Of a DNA stretch of 64,000 nt, positions 47,901-57,054 are shown one piece after another (the stretch's first letter is position 1; the number at the start of each line of letters is the position of its first letter). This DNA is from a virus. A program made the position numbers and the translations under genes. The stretch is from positions 96,001 to 160,000 of IMG/VR virus record IMGVR_UViG_3300042562_002450; one strand, 5' to 3'. Below the pieces are notes generated by a model, which was not told the DNA's origin, did no database searches, and saw nothing but the letters and a program-made list of their open reading frames with translations.

Positions 47901-50473
47901 GATCCTTTCATCTCTTCGACTACATTCCCTCTGTGAAGCATTAGCTTCCCATTTTCAAAAACAACTTTATGTATCCCCTCTTCTCTAAACTTTCTATTGA
48001 AAGCTTTGTCCATATATTTGGCATATGATTCGCCTTGTTGTGTTTTAAAATCAACTTCAAAACGGGCAGTATCATACATACCATAGCTGGCAATGTCTCC
48101 TAGCCCAAAAGCTTTTGGAAAGCCACCAAGAGAAGCCTCTGCTCGTCTTATTGTAGAAACAAGTAAGTCCTGAGCAGTTGAGTGAGTTCTGTTTAAAAGT
48201 TTTTCATTATCCACTAATGGACTAAGCGCACCTAGGTATTTAACATCATTAAGTCTTCTCTTAGAAGCTTGATGCTTAAATACTGAGTAAGCTCCTATAG
48301 TCCCTAATCCTGTCAACCCTATCTGAGTCCATGACATTGGATCTTCATTAGGATCTTCTGGCTTATGAAAGTCCTGTGTTCTAAAACCAGAACCAAATGA
48401 TGTATTGTATTTCCTTTGATTTTGAGTCGGGGATCCATGCTGGAGTCCCTCTATTGTATTTGCCTCATCATCACTACCGGAAAATTTAAATAGATTAGTC
48501 ATTGCACTTCCGAGCATGACTGCACCGAAAAGCATTGTTCCCATTTTTGCTGTTTTCAATGCTTTAGTCTGAGCATCTGTTATGTCTGGAATCGCTTTAT
48601 TGCTACGAAGAAAAGTCATTCCCTCATCTGAGTTTTTATATTTTAAAAGCTCTTCATCGTATAGTTTTTGTGAATTAGCAATATCATCTGTAAAAATTAG
48701 ATTTTCTTTATTATATTTAGGATTTATTTTCCCTAAGCTTTCTCCTGCTTCAATGTTACCCTTTATCATCTTAGCCATTGACTCTCGATACAAAACAGGT
48801 TCTTCAGCCTGTCTCATCTTCAGCCAACTATCTGTTGCCTTGCTTAACTCTCCCCCTCCTTCAACTTCCTTCATTGCATTAACAAGCATTTTGGAAAGTC
48901 TTCCCTGCTGAAAGTTATCTAAGTTACCATCATGCCATTCTTTCTCACCTAAGAATGATCTAGCTAAGAAATTAATATTAGTTCCAACGCCAAAACGACT
49001 AGTCTTAGCAATAAGATTTTTCTGCTGAGCCATTGCATTCAATGTTTTAGATAATTCCTGTATCTCAATAATACTACCCTTAGAATCAAGAGCCTCATTT
49101 AATATTTGAGTTGCTCTTATCTTTTGGTTAGAAACCAATCTATTAAAACCTTCTTCTTCTGTTATCTCTCCTCTTTTAACTTTACCTAATATGCTTTTTC
49201 TTTGCATACTTTGTTCTGACCTTAACTGCATATATTCTTGTGAGTAACGAACAGGACTTCGACCGTCAAACAGTTCTTCAAAATGATCTATCTCAAAGTT
49301 TGCATTCATTGCAAGAATATTCTTTTTATTTTTCTTTGCATCTTCTAAGAAACCATGAACATATCCTTGTACTGATCTTCTTTTTGCAACTTCGGCAATA
49401 ACGTTTCCTGCGAAACCTTCTTGAGTATTTGAAAGTTGTTTTGAATAATCATTTACTTTTTGGATTTTAGTAAAATCAAAATTCTTTTCCTTATGTAGCT
49501 TTCCTATTGCAGTTTGATCATAAAGGAATGGATGATTTTCTAATTTGAAATTATTAGGTTGCTGCATAAAGATAGAGTGATAATCATTCCCTCTTTTTAG
49601 CGAGACTTGAAACATTGAATGCTTACTTGACTTTAATGACTTTGTTTCGATATCAACACCATATTGATCATCAAAAGCATTATCAATATCCCCACTGGTA
49701 AGTTTTAGGATATCTGAAAAATCACCTAGTCGAAAAGGAGATCCAAATGCAGTTGCCATCTTTCTCATCTTTCCAAACCAACCATGACCCATACCTTCTA
49801 TTATTGGCCTAGCTTCTCTTCTCATGTTCCTAATGAAAGGATTATTGCTTTTGATTCCAGCATGCACAATAGATTGAGATTTAATCTCTTGAAGTCTAGA
49901 ATAGTCACCTGCGAAATCTGCATGATTTAAGGCAGAAAATTTTTGATCTGAGTTGTTAAAAATAGGTAGTGCTTTTTTCTCAATAAAAGACTGAACTCTC
50001 TTTACTTTACTTAGATCATTCTGGTATTTATCAAAATCATACTTTTGATGAATAGTCTTTTGCATGTAAGGATTATCTTGATTAATATAATGAAGATATC
50101 CTTTCTTTATCTTTGAGTTGTGCATTAAAGCATTGAGCTCTGATTGGTCTACGGACTTAGCTTTATTCATTATTATATTTTCAAAATCAGCAGCAGATAC
50201 AGCTTTAACCTTTCCTATGCCGTCTTTTGAAACTTCATCAATAAAACCAAATTCTCCACCATTCGTATTCTTTATCTTTACATCATTTTTTATAATATCC
50301 TTTTCAGATATCCTTTTCTTTTTTACTATTTCTTTCAATGTATCATTTGATCTTTTTTGCAGACGTTGAATAGTATCAGGGGTATTTTTTTGAATAAAAG
50401 ACTTTAATAGATCCTCATGGGTCTTTCCAAAGTCAGAAGCCTTAACTGGGAGATGTTTTCTTTTATTATCCAT
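44990..50473 (-). CDS. Tape-measure-like protein with embedded DEDDh-like exonuclease domain
   Basis: 1827 aa directly after chaperone pair; several Gly/Ala-rich hydrophobic segments; VDIET, AMNANFE and WHDGNLD motifs. Confidence 0.7.
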   Translation of the reverse strand: MDNKRKHLPVKASDFGKTHEDLLKSFIQKNTPDTIQRLQKRSNDTLKEIVKKKRISEKDIIKNDVKIKNTNGGEFGFIDEVSKDGIGKVKAVSAADFENIIMNKAKSVDQSELNALMHNSKIKKGYLHYINQDNPYMQKTIHQKYDFDKYQNDLSKVKRVQSFIEKKALPIFNNSDQKFSALNHADFAGDYSRLQEIKSQSIVHAGIKSNNPFIRNMRREARPIIEGMGHGWFGKMRKMATAFGSPFRLGDFSDILKLTSGDIDNAFDDQYGVDIETKSLKSSKHSMFQVSLKRGNDYHSIFMQQPNNFKLENHPFLYDQTAIGKLHKEKNFDFTKIQKVNDYSKQLSNTQEGFAGNVIAEVAKRRSVQGYVHGFLEDAKKNKKNILAMNANFEIDHFEELFDGRSPVRYSQEYMQLRSEQSMQRKSILGKVKRGEITEEEGFNRLVSNQKIRATQILNEALDSKGSIIEIQELSKTLNAMAQQKNLIAKTSRFGVGTNINFLARSFLGEKEWHDGNLDNFQQGRLSKMLVNAMKEVEGGGELSKATDSWLKMRQAEEPVLYRESMAKMIKGNIEAGESLGKINPKYNKENLIFTDDIANSQKLYDEELLKYKNSDEGMTFLRSNKAIPDITDAQTKALKTAKMGTMLFGAVMLGSAMTNLFKFSGSDDEANTIEGLQHGSPTQNQRKYNTSFGSGFRTQDFHKPEDPNEDPMSWTQIGLTGLGTIGAYSVFKHQASKRRLNDVKYLGALSPLVDNEKLLNRTHSTAQDLLVSTIRRAEASLGGFPKAFGLGDIASYGMYDTARFEVDFKTQQGESYAKYMDKAFNRKFREEGIHKVVFENGKLMLHRGNVVEEMKGSFSLMKTVTDNNQSKSMASIARSHLSQLGLKNVQQMSKFDFLITNGVDHFASAFIHETVSKPMKLMSDPFEALTDVIPELDDYFTPWMKKTLGPDGFIAKFFNTGLDGNELATNWQGMLKSHGGKLAGVGALAYFGLGTLNWGAEKIAPDGTPIGDAGLLGGAAYSVRKAHETYARLSDITGLTGFRDYIESKAPGSEGWQSTIGLTLAGGMAGGLWGSVQGLALESSATDKYGQFLKNAEKTESFDGILGKIFKKNVTKTGKAIRTGGAIGFALALPFTLAGFGADKSASELGLEYSGEKEVAVKKGRFWESSFTPWEGSEVDYYRPNWYAKLIDDSKNEELYGGNISPFTKLGRSIYDPFWLEKNRYFDQPYPLTGPDGSMLGIFGPAYEASLGRIIKPVATMHESELPEGFLDNTEYDIDALARKQWNSALEFMGLRGFAVKAIKETITGSSEIFSDPNEVRSAKDIDSITRDFYDLQLGGGILTTEALRRVFQNQDGFQKAQMDATINLNPLKNMMPSWMPGSDFYQDFQHGDPFLKVKDGYSRLPGEGFAQKYEELKGMDPNDYPDIFKYKILSDVAYGSMEHRNIKGKLQNRELTQYEQDIFDDVQRQVDEKKKSELNARDPSTYDSFLGRYSAVLTDLARSNPLETLLPVSPAHKFLAPPDIEDVLEEQRYSKDYRNWANPIDDFIMPTVSMTLNSMGLGGIDMSSDQAEIADYFDKTDYMKFTNLARDAQSKGDLKSADRYTIMAQKTYTGKDLYSHPSDVVRSLPKNERASYKYFIKTDRATQVKMIGRVNPRHRDAYQAQMDNQIRQEAMKSQSMSNQQRKKVMKDVEARQRAIQARRSAELQDYQSRMPGNDWVGWSPAVSVDSAQNRYLENAARDTHAYTGRRSAREGDLSQVAAATVNIPASSSSDYASHYSSLSASGVENALVVMRPGLDNSPDLDITLDRRSERNDALREWGYVV

Positions 50474-50537
50474 TGCCTCATTCTATCATTTATAAATAAT
50501 AGCATCATCTAGTAAAAATACTAAACCGAGCTACAAA

Positions 50538-51122
50538 TCATATAAGTGTTTGATTTTCTTTACTAAAGTCAATGTACTCTTGGCCATCTGCTCCTTTCTT
50601 CATTGCTGGAGCTCTAGCTTTATCAACCTTATTAGCTTTGGGATTTGAAACAAAATCAAAGGTAGTTCCAAGTATCTTTTCTGCTTGAACTAGTCTTCTC
50701 ATCTGTGTCTTCCATTCCATATCCTCAACTTCCTCTGGGGTGTATGCAGGGAATGCCTGACAGATTTTAACTATAATTTCATCTCTGAGATTCATTGAGC
50801 TATCTCGTACTGAACTCAATTCTTCTTGGATTTCTTTTTCTGATGTTGGATTAGAGAATCCTAGGATTAAACGAACTATAGTAGATACAACACCAGCATT
50901 AAGAGTATTAATTGTTCCTCTTAATGTATGCTCTACTACACATTCTTCCCATATGTTATCTTCAACAATAGGGGCTAGAGCTGGATATGCTTGGCATATT
51001 CTTTTGGCAGTTTCACATTTAGAATAACTTAATGGCTTAAATAAAACTGAACCTTTACCTGTATTAAACAGATAAAGGTTCTTATACTTTCCATATAATT
51101 CAAATGCATTGCCATTATTCAT
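50538..51122 (-). CDS. Tail assembly chaperone 2
   Basis: 194 aa; N-half paralogous to upstream chaperone (LYLF..VLFKPL..TLNAGVV..LIL..SN); just before tape measure. Confidence 0.7.
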   Translation of the reverse strand: MNNGNAFELYGKYKNLYLFNTGKGSVLFKPLSYSKCETAKRICQAYPALAPIVEDNIWEECVVEHTLRGTINTLNAGVVSTIVRLILGFSNPTSEKEIQEELSSVRDSSMNLRDEIIVKICQAFPAYTPEEVEDMEWKTQMRRLVQAEKILGTTFDFVSNPKANKVDKARAPAMKKGADGQEYIDFSKENQTLI

Positions 51123-51125
51123 TTT

Positions 51126-51689
51126 CTATAGTTTTCTAACTAGAGTTACGGCTCTTTCTGGCTCCATGAAATTAGATGCTTGAAGGATTAAATTTCTGAT
51201 TGCTTCTGGAGCTCCAGCAGTTAATACATTAATATTAGCTTGATTTAGCAATGGCCAAACGACACCAGCCATCACAATACCTTCTGTTCTTTGCTGCTCA
51301 GATAGTTTTGATTTTTCAAATCTTTGCATAAGCTCACGCCATTCTTGACGTTTCAGAGGTCTGAAAAGAAAGTTTTCTTTTTCACTTAAAGAGCAAAGGT
51401 ATATTTCTCCATGCTTACCTTTAAGTGTTTCTATTTCAGTTTCAGAAGGACGACGTTCAAGACTTTTAAATGTTTGAATTACAAAGTCTGAATTACTTTT
51501 TTTCTTTAGAAGTTCTTCTAGTTGTTTTTCTTCTTCTATGGAAAGAAGGTATGACACATCATCAATATCTACTGGGATATCCTTATCTAGGGATTCAAGA
51601 TCCATAGCAAAAACATCATCTAAATTAGGCTCTTGTTCTTCTGTATTGTAAAAACTATCATCAACTTCAGTTTTAACTTGGTCAGTCAT
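51126..51689 (-). CDS. Tail assembly chaperone 1
   Basis: 187 aa; LKGKHGEIY..FLFRPLKRQEWREL..LTAGAPEAIRNLILQASNF; between tube genes and tape measure. Confidence 0.75.
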   Translation of the reverse strand: MTDQVKTEVDDSFYNTEEQEPNLDDVFAMDLESLDKDIPVDIDDVSYLLSIEEEKQLEELLKKKSNSDFVIQTFKSLERRPSETEIETLKGKHGEIYLCSLSEKENFLFRPLKRQEWRELMQRFEKSKLSEQQRTEGIVMAGVVWPLLNQANINVLTAGAPEAIRNLILQASNFMEPERAVTLVRKL

Positions 51690-51721
51690 GTCATCTCCAA
51701 TTCTTTTATTTGATGACTAAA

Positions 51722-52408
51722 CTATATAAGGTTTTTAGCAAAAAAGCTATAGCTTTCTTTTAGGGCTTCTCCATTAGCGGATATGAGTCTACCTCTACCA
51801 ACAAGTTTAACATCAATGATCTGTTCTCCTATTGTGTCTTCATTGATTACAGATCCGTAACCTATCTTAATGTTAAATGTAGGTATCGCAAATGGATCAT
51901 ATGCTCCACTCTGATCACTCGTTACTGTAGAGTTTGGAAGAAGAGAATCCAATCTTCCTTTTATAGTCTGCCCTTTTCCATCTGAGTCATTTTTCTTTTT
52001 ATTGAAAAAATCCTCCAACATTTGTCTCTTTGTAATTGCATCATTGTAACTAGAATCAAAATCGTATGGACCGATTGGGGTTTTTATTGGTTGACCATCT
52101 TTATCTAAGCCTTCTTTGAATCTTTTTGCTTCAAGGAAAGGATATGATCCTTCATTTTTTTTTCTATAATGTTCGAGTATAGCAAAAAGATAATTTGGTT
52201 CTCTGAAATTAATTGTAAAACTTCCCTGTACCATTATTCGACCTTGCGCTGCATGACTCCAGAAGGTATCTCCGTAACCATATATAGGCATTGAGTTAGA
52301 ACCAACAGAGCATTGCCAATCAACAATATCATCTACCCATAATTCTCCAATAAAAATTGAAGCTTGTGATCCTGAAAAATATTCAGTATTTAATTCTGTA
52401 CGTGCCAT
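51722..52408 (-). CDS. Tail tube paralog (tube initiator/hub-proximal)
   Basis: 228 aa; YFSGSQASIFIG..PIYGYG..GRIMVQGSFTINF aligns by eye with the tube. Confidence 0.7.
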   Translation of the reverse strand: MARTELNTEYFSGSQASIFIGELWVDDIVDWQCSVGSNSMPIYGYGDTFWSHAAQGRIMVQGSFTINFREPNYLFAILEHYRKKNEGSYPFLEAKRFKEGLDKDGQPIKTPIGPYDFDSSYNDAITKRQMLEDFFNKKKNDSDGKGQTIKGRLDSLLPNSTVTSDQSGAYDPFAIPTFNIKIGYGSVINEDTIGEQIIDVKLVGRGRLISANGEALKESYSFFAKNLI

Positions 52409-53556
52409 TAGAATAGTCCTCTGCTTCGCTGTAGCATATCATTAACACTATGATTTTCTTTACCCTGATTTCCTGTAATTAAATCCCTTAGTGTTGTTGT
52501 CTGATTTCCATTGTAAAACTTTAAACTCTTACCTGCAATAATAGTAGGATGAAGCATCGAAAGACTTGTTTCAAAAAGGTTACCAGCATTCTCAATTGTC
52601 ATAATATCTTCAGCATAGAACGTAACATTGTTCATTAGGGCTAAGTCATTCGCTGATGATTGCTGAGCTTCAGTTGAAATAGTGACACCAAACATGTGCA
52701 TAAGAGAAGCTCCACCATATTCATTAATCATTATTAGCATTAGATTGAATTTTGGCAATTGATCAAGTAATACAATCTCATTAGCAGTAGTACGATTACC
52801 ATCACTATCGACTCTGTATCTTAAGAAATCCATAAGTTCATGTGACTGAAAAACGGCAAAGTTCATCGACCCAGCAATCGTACGTTGCCCTCTAGTGTAA
52901 TCTTTAGCACTAACTCTACCTAGACTTCTTACTGCAGTCTTTTCTCTATAAGATGAATAGTTGAAAGAGTACAAAGATCCAAGTTCAATAATTGGCTTAT
53001 CGGTAAGATCGCCTTTCTTTCCATCTACTGTTTTTCTTTCTTTATTTTTATTCTTTATATTTTGTTTTTGAATTTGAAAATCTCTAATTGAAGCTAAAGC
53101 AGCTTTGGATCCTCCATTCCTAATTACATCTATAAAACCAGGATTAACTTTATTTGTTTGAACATTGTCATAATTAAGTTTTGGATTGCCTCTTGTCATA
53201 TTCGCTACATTTGAAGAGTCTCCATATTCGTCTTCAATATCTTCTTGTGTTTTATCGGAACTAATAGTTTCATTTGGTCTTCCATCTTTGAATTCAACAG
53301 TAATTTTACCTAGTTCTTTTATGCTTACTCTACCAGATGCTATCTGCTCAATTCCGTCAGCTATTAATTTATCTGTTTCTTCTAAAGATATACTGTCAAA
53401 CTGTTCCTCTCCTGGAGCAAGATTTGATTTCATTCTGACTTCATTGCCATCTACGATTTCTCTATGGCTAACTTTTTTAAAATCATTAATATGTCTATAT
53501 GCATAAACCTTAATATCTGAACCTGAGAATGTTGTATTGTTTTCAAGATAAATCAT
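52408..53556 (-). CDS. Tail tube paralog with large insertion
   Basis: 382 aa; TFSGSDIKV...FNYSSYREKTAVRSLGRVSAKDYTRGQRTIAGSMNF..DQLPKFNL mirrors the tube. Confidence 0.75.
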   Translation of the reverse strand: MIYLENNTTFSGSDIKVYAYRHINDFKKVSHREIVDGNEVRMKSNLAPGEEQFDSISLEETDKLIADGIEQIASGRVSIKELGKITVEFKDGRPNETISSDKTQEDIEDEYGDSSNVANMTRGNPKLNYDNVQTNKVNPGFIDVIRNGGSKAALASIRDFQIQKQNIKNKNKERKTVDGKKGDLTDKPIIELGSLYSFNYSSYREKTAVRSLGRVSAKDYTRGQRTIAGSMNFAVFQSHELMDFLRYRVDSDGNRTTANEIVLLDQLPKFNLMLIMINEYGGASLMHMFGVTISTEAQQSSANDLALMNNVTFYAEDIMTIENAGNLFETSLSMLHPTIIAGKSLKFYNGNQTTTLRDLITGNQGKENHSVNDMLQRSRGLF

Positions 53557-53570
53557 TAGATTCCTGATAT

Positions 53571-53601
53571 AAAAATAAAGGGGAGAGTAAAAACTCTCCC
53601 C
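53571..53601 (-). terminator. Rho-independent terminator after sheath-tube
   Basis: 9 bp perfect stem GGGGAGAGT/ACTCTCCCC, 4 nt loop, then TTTATTTTT on the minus strand. Confidence 0.85.
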
Positions 53602-53637
53602 CTATTGTAAACTAACTTTTTTCGAGCATCAATGAAA

Positions 53638-54219
53638 TTATCGAGGTACTACGCCAGCAATCTTCGAAGAAGATTTCCATGGAGTAATGCCAGTTGCAAT
53701 AAATGTATATTGCTGCTCCACAACAATGTCATCAATTGAAAAGCCAGAATTTTCATTCATAAGCTCAACACCTGAAACTGTCATAGAAGCTCTAGCACCG
53801 TATTCGTTAACTGCAGAAATAACAACATCGAACGGAGGGATCTGATCCACGTACGTTGGAGTTGCTAACTGATGTGACTCAAAGCCTTCATCGTCAAGAT
53901 CAACGTCTGCATTTGCTCCATTTCCAAATCTTGACTCAAATCCGACTTCTTCAGTATCAGCAAGGAACTGAGCCTTACTGAAATGTGAAAGAACTGGATT
54001 TGCATCAAAAAGGATAAAAATTAATGATCCTGCGATCATTCTTTTTCCTCTTGAAAAAGATCTTGGATTTGCGCTTCCCATTGTATAGATTGCAGCTTTC
54101 TCTCTCTGGATAGAGTAAGAGAAGGCTTGAATCGTACCAATTGTTTGGCCAGCGAAAACAGCAGTAATATCTGCACCTGAAAAACTATTGAACGTTCTGT
54201 TTATTTGTTCTGTAGCCAT
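53638..54219 (-). CDS. Tail tube protein
   Basis: 193 aa right after sheath; SFSGADI..FSYSIQREKAAIYTMG..FSRGKRMIAGSLIF..DQIPPFD; own terminator. Confidence 0.85.
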   Translation of the reverse strand: MATEQINRTFNSFSGADITAVFAGQTIGTIQAFSYSIQREKAAIYTMGSANPRSFSRGKRMIAGSLIFILFDANPVLSHFSKAQFLADTEEVGFESRFGNGANADVDLDDEGFESHQLATPTYVDQIPPFDVVISAVNEYGARASMTVSGVELMNENSGFSIDDIVVEQQYTFIATGITPWKSSSKIAGVVPR

Positions 54220-54231
54220 TGTGTTTTCTCC

Positions 54232-56325
54232 TTATTCTCTTGCTAATGAAGTATAGACTCGGATCTTCTTCATCTCAAATGGAGGAACAACAATAAGTTC
54301 AACATCACAATCGCCTTCAATTCTCTGTTTAGTTGTAGCTGAAACAGAAATTTCAAAACGTTGCATCAAGTTGTTCTTTTGCTCAAGAGAAAGTCTTTGT
54401 CTTAAGTTTGTCTCAAGAGAAAGTCTTGCTGAGCTGCTGTTTGGCTCACCGATATAAGGCTGAGCTACTTCTCTCACAATGTCGATGATTCTATCAAGAA
54501 CACGAACCGTAGATAGTCTGACAAAGTCAGAACCAGGTCTAGCAGCAGTAGGAGCATCAGAAATTCTGAAAACTCTATTCTTCTGTTTTAATCCTACGTA
54601 GTGATACTTAGAAAGAGAATCAAGTTTGATCTTAGGTAGTTTTACCAAAGAGTCAGCACCTGAAGCTACTTTATTAGTAGGAGCACTTTGAGGGATTAAA
54701 GATGAAATCATACCAGCATAGTAAGTAGCACCATTTGAAACATAACCAAATCCAGTTTCATCAACTGGGTTTATAAATGTTTGTGGGTAGCAATATACAG
54801 AAAGGAATCGACCAATATCAATTGGCTTCCCGCCTCTATCTTTCAGTACGGCATTAGAACTTACACCAGAAGCTCCAGGTATAATACCTGAGTCTGTAGC
54901 ATAGAATCCAGGCTTATAGTTTAGTTTCCCAACCATATGCTTGTTTCCAAGTAATCCTGTACCATTCTGAACAATCTCGCCCTCAGTATCAAGTACTGGT
55001 TCTTTACCAACCCAAAGAGAAATATCCTTGGTTGACATAGAAGCTGGAAGAGAAGTTCCGATAACACCTGTAACATTGTACTCATTAGCTGAAGTAACAA
55101 AACAAGCATTTGCTAATTGATAAGCGAAGTTTACTTCTTTAAAGTCTGCAGCAGTTAAAATCTCTCCAGATATTTTAGTAGTAGCAGAAGCAGAACCTAC
55201 GCTTGGGTAGATATCAGCAGAACCATTACCATTAATGTCCCAGAAGTAGAAATTTTCACCTTCGAACTCTTCTTTGAAAAGCTTACCAAGAGCGTCGCCC
55301 TTAGAACCAGCTACTGGATATCTCTGACCAGCAGGGATACTTTCATCAGAAGAAAGAATACAGATATCTCCATTAACTACGTTAGCTGCATCAAGTGTAG
55401 CTCCCATAGGTAGAAGTTGCTTAAACTCTTCAGTTTCAATAACTGAATAGGCTTTCTCAAGAGCTTCGTAAAGCTCCATTCCAGAAAGATTGATACCATC
55501 AGAACCATTACGTAAGTTATGGCTTGTGTCAGAATCATAAGCAAATTCAACTACAACTTCTTTATCGTCAGCATCAGCAGGGACATCAAAAGCAACAACA
55601 GCGCCAACTACAGAGTAGCTGTCTTTTGAAACTTCAGAACCATCCAAGGAAACTTTAACTGAACCAGAATTTGCAACTTGAGATAAAGTGAAAGAAGCAG
55701 GAGCAGGATCTACAGCAGCAAAAGTATCAATAACAGAAACTTGATCCATAGCAATGTTTCCTAAAGAAACAAAACTATCTGGATTGTTTACTGTACCAAT
55801 ATTAGCACCACCAGTAAAATCACCTGATACCATTACTTCTCCAAGGTCGAGCGGTTGCCCACCTGGATTGTTGTCAAATACCATTTGACCAACAGCATTC
55901 TGAACTTGAATGCGACCAATCTCTTGGTTAGGTCCACGAGTGATTGGATTTATGTATCTAACAAAATAGACGTTCGCAGCATCTTTATCTTTTAAAAGAG
56001 TTTCGATAGATGTTGGGTTTGATACCATATCATCAGTTCCTACTCCATAAAGGATGGCAGACTTTGCGCCGATTCTCATTTGGTAGATATTAGTAGCTCC
56101 ACCAGCACCAGCTTCATACATACCTCTGGTAAGGGTACCTTTGATTCCAAATCTAGCTTCGGCTTCTTGGGCCTTGCGAGCTTGAATTGGCTTCTCAGAA
56201 ACACCCTTCTCAGCTGTACCAAGAATCAAGATTGAAGGATCAGTATTGTTTACAACAATCTTGAACGCACCATCTTGAATTTCACTGATAATTGCTGGGA
56301 GATTTTCATATCTGTCAATAGCCAT
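54232..56325 (-). CDS. Contractile tail sheath protein
   Basis: 697 aa; ILILGTAEKG..FGIKGTL N-terminus; LSTVRVLDRIIDIVREVAQPYIGEPN..VELIVVPPFEMKKI C-terminus; inserted beta module. Confidence 0.9.
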   Translation of the reverse strand: MAIDRYENLPAIISEIQDGAFKIVVNNTDPSILILGTAEKGVSEKPIQARKAQEAEARFGIKGTLTRGMYEAGAGGATNIYQMRIGAKSAILYGVGTDDMVSNPTSIETLLKDKDAANVYFVRYINPITRGPNQEIGRIQVQNAVGQMVFDNNPGGQPLDLGEVMVSGDFTGGANIGTVNNPDSFVSLGNIAMDQVSVIDTFAAVDPAPASFTLSQVANSGSVKVSLDGSEVSKDSYSVVGAVVAFDVPADADDKEVVVEFAYDSDTSHNLRNGSDGINLSGMELYEALEKAYSVIETEEFKQLLPMGATLDAANVVNGDICILSSDESIPAGQRYPVAGSKGDALGKLFKEEFEGENFYFWDINGNGSADIYPSVGSASATTKISGEILTAADFKEVNFAYQLANACFVTSANEYNVTGVIGTSLPASMSTKDISLWVGKEPVLDTEGEIVQNGTGLLGNKHMVGKLNYKPGFYATDSGIIPGASGVSSNAVLKDRGGKPIDIGRFLSVYCYPQTFINPVDETGFGYVSNGATYYAGMISSLIPQSAPTNKVASGADSLVKLPKIKLDSLSKYHYVGLKQKNRVFRISDAPTAARPGSDFVRLSTVRVLDRIIDIVREVAQPYIGEPNSSSARLSLETNLRQRLSLEQKNNLMQRFEISVSATTKQRIEGDCDVELIVVPPFEMKKIRVYTSLARE

Positions 56326-56335
56326 GTAAAACTCC

Positions 56336-57052
56336 TTATGTCGTTTTTAAGTTTAGCTTAATCTTTTGTAAAACTTGTTCAGTCGTTATCGATACTTCTT
56401 CTGTAGTAAGATAATACATTAACGGCCTAACATGGATAACGCTATCGCCTTCCTTGACAACACTATCCGATTCTCTCTCTATGAAATAATATCTGATTAT
56501 ACCCTTTAAGGCAAAAAACTTCTTGTGTACACTCAATAAATTTTGAAACCAAGTAGCAACTTGATTGGCTTCCTTATTGCTTCTAGCGTGAATTGTAAAG
56601 CATATTTGATTATCATATAATTGTCCAAAATAATAGATCCATGTAGACCTATCTTCTTCATCTGCTTTTTGAATTGACCTAAGTGAAGGTCGGATTTCTC
56701 TAGTCCCTGCATTTGTCATTGGACTATTAGTCTGACTAAAAGACCCTGGCTTTTGACCTCTGACACTGCAAGTCACAACTGCGAGAACTTCTGTCTTTGG
56801 ATTCTTTGGATCTTCAAAAATATTATTCTTTGAAAAATCATCAATAAGGATTACTTTGTGGGTCTTCCCTTCTTGATGAATATCCATTAATTGCCTAGTA
56901 AGTGTAAGAAAATTATCCAGAGAACAGTGCACCGGGTTATACTCAACACCAGAGTACTTTGATTCGATATAATCTTCTTTGATTAAAGTATCAAGATACT
57001 CAAGACTAAAGTCGGAGTCTACATTAACTTCAATATCTTGATTGTGACTCAT
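56336..57052 (-). CDS. Putative tail terminator/completion protein
   Basis: 238 aa immediately before sheath; YDNQICFTIHARSNKEANQVATWF pattern. Confidence 0.55.
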   Translation of the reverse strand: MSHNQDIEVNVDSDFSLEYLDTLIKEDYIESKYSGVEYNPVHCSLDNFLTLTRQLMDIHQEGKTHKVILIDDFSKNNIFEDPKNPKTEVLAVVTCSVRGQKPGSFSQTNSPMTNAGTREIRPSLRSIQKADEEDRSTWIYYFGQLYDNQICFTIHARSNKEANQVATWFQNLLSVHKKFFALKGIIRYYFIERESDSVVKEGDSVIHVRPLMYYLTTEEVSITTEQVLQKIKLNLKTT

Positions 57053-57054
57053 AG

